From Candidatus Komeilibacteria bacterium (GTDB lineage Bacteria; Patescibacteriota; Patescibacteriia; UBA1558; GWA2-36-10), in the NCBI GenBank assembly GCA_018656065.1, contig JABHZY010000024.1, positions 5,227 through 69,226 on the forward strand: a DNA stretch of 64,000 nucleotides, in the 5' to 3' direction. Positions 63,341-64,000 of the stretch are shown one piece after another. How positions within the stretch are numbered: the stretch's first letter is position 1; the number at the start of each line of letters is the position of its first letter. The notes below the pieces were generated by a model. It saw only the letters and a program-made list of their open reading frames with translations. It had not been told where the DNA came from and ran no database searches. A program made the translations under genes and the position numbers.

Positions 63341-64000
63341 TTATGGACGAGCCATATTAGCTTTAATTTCATTTTCTATAACTGTTTTATCACGACCATA
63401 TTTAAGGCGTGATAATTCTTTAATAGCCTTAGCTAATTCATAGTTACCTTTTTCTGGTAATATGGGATTAAAATTAAAGGCCGGCGGATTTTGATTATCT
63501 ATTAATAATTTTATATAACAGGTAAATTTTGGCATATTTACCAAATCATATTCCGTTACTACTGGTGCCATTTGTTTAGCTATAACTTCTGCATCATCAA
63601 CACCAATTCTATATGATATCAATGTACCAACATTACCAAAAATTGCATCTTTAACGCTGGTATCTCCATCTTTAACTAACTGAGCTAAAAATTGATGTGC
63701 CAAAACTAAGTTAAGTTTATATTTTCTAGCTTCTGATAATATTATCGAAATACTATCCGTTATATAATTTTGGAACTCGTCAATATATAAATAAAAATCA
63801 TCTCTTTCTTCTTCTGGTGTATCTACTCTACTAAGAGCAGCAAATAATATTTTACCAATCATTATCATACCCAATAAACTACTATTCATTTCTCCAATCT
63901 TACCTTTAGATAAATTAATTATTATTATTTTATTTTCATCCATAGCCTTTCTAAAATTAAAAGCGCTCTTAGTTTGAGAAATAATAGGACGAATAGTATC
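63341..64000 (-). CDS. second TraD/VirD4-like ATPase (paralog of 48590..50356); N-terminal part lies outside the window
   Basis: The frame stays open upstream of the track ATG to the window edge (...DTIRPIISQTKSAFNFRKAMDENKIIIINLSKG). It aligns with LIRNILGQVRSSFNMREIMDGQKILLLNLSKG of the first copy. Walker B LYIDEFQNY. Confidence 0.8.
   Translation of the reverse strand, partial: DTIRPIISQTKSAFNFRKAMDENKIIIINLSKGKIGEMNSSLLGMIMIGKILFAALSRVDTPEEERDDFYLYIDEFQNYITDSISIILSEARKYKLNLVLAHQFLAQLVKDGDTSVKDAIFGNVGTLISYRIGVDDAEVIAKQMAPVVTEYDLVNMPKFTCYIKLLIDNQNPPAFNFNPILPEKGNYELAKAIKELSRLKYGRDKTVIENEIKANMARP

Noticed and set aside
1-64000. A diversity-generating retroelement, retron or other reverse-transcriptase-linked repeat, considered because long inverted-repeat RNAs and GC-rich repeats are present.
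   Set aside because: There is no reverse transcriptase gene in the window. I found no template/variable repeat pair. The only shared strings between islands are 9-10 nt or shorter (for example GGCGTTCCG in B and D2), which is within chance expectation.

Overview
This is an AT-rich, tightly packed bacterial chromosome segment. Its gene content looks like a small-genome Patescibacteria/CPR-type organism; that placement is inferred from content, not verified. I call about 60 protein genes:
- An envelope glycan cluster at 0-5.4 kb.
- A lysS-rdgB-ppiB-serS-alr-ftsQ-like block.
- gltX, def-fmt, pyrD, secA-hpf and alaS.
- A DEAD-box helicase and greA, then mnmA.
- An archaeal-type AMP phosphorylase.
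- A TraD/VirD4-like ATPase with a membrane partner, plus a second ATPase paralog at the right edge.
- secDF, ddl, uppS and dnaX.
- An accessory island of secreted and surface proteins at 38.5-45 kb.

There is one tRNA, tRNA-Gln(CUG). I saw no rRNA, CRISPR array, transposase or prophage.

The most unusual signal is a set of short GC-rich islands confined to intergenic space. Each is a self-contained transcription unit, with a near-consensus TTGACA-17-TATAAT-type promoter and an intrinsic terminator.
- Six look like non-coding structured RNAs of roughly 120 to 460 nt, labelled here A, B, C, D1, D2 and E. By eye I could not match them to tmRNA, RNase P, SRP, 6S or T-box RNAs.
- Three encode orphan small proteins of 70, 139 and 77 aa with strong Shine-Dalgarno (SD) sites. 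The housekeeping genes I checked have no SD, and several appear leaderless.
- The 70-aa gene is preceded by what reads as a classical leader-peptide attenuator with an aromatic-rich 20-aa leader.

Other points worth a second look:
- A 33-nt promoter motif repeated upstream of three adjacent surface-protein transcription units.
- A parvulin PPIase domain embedded in SecD.
- A duplicated tRNA 3' end.

Coordinates of non-CDS features were read by hand and may be off by 1-2 nt.
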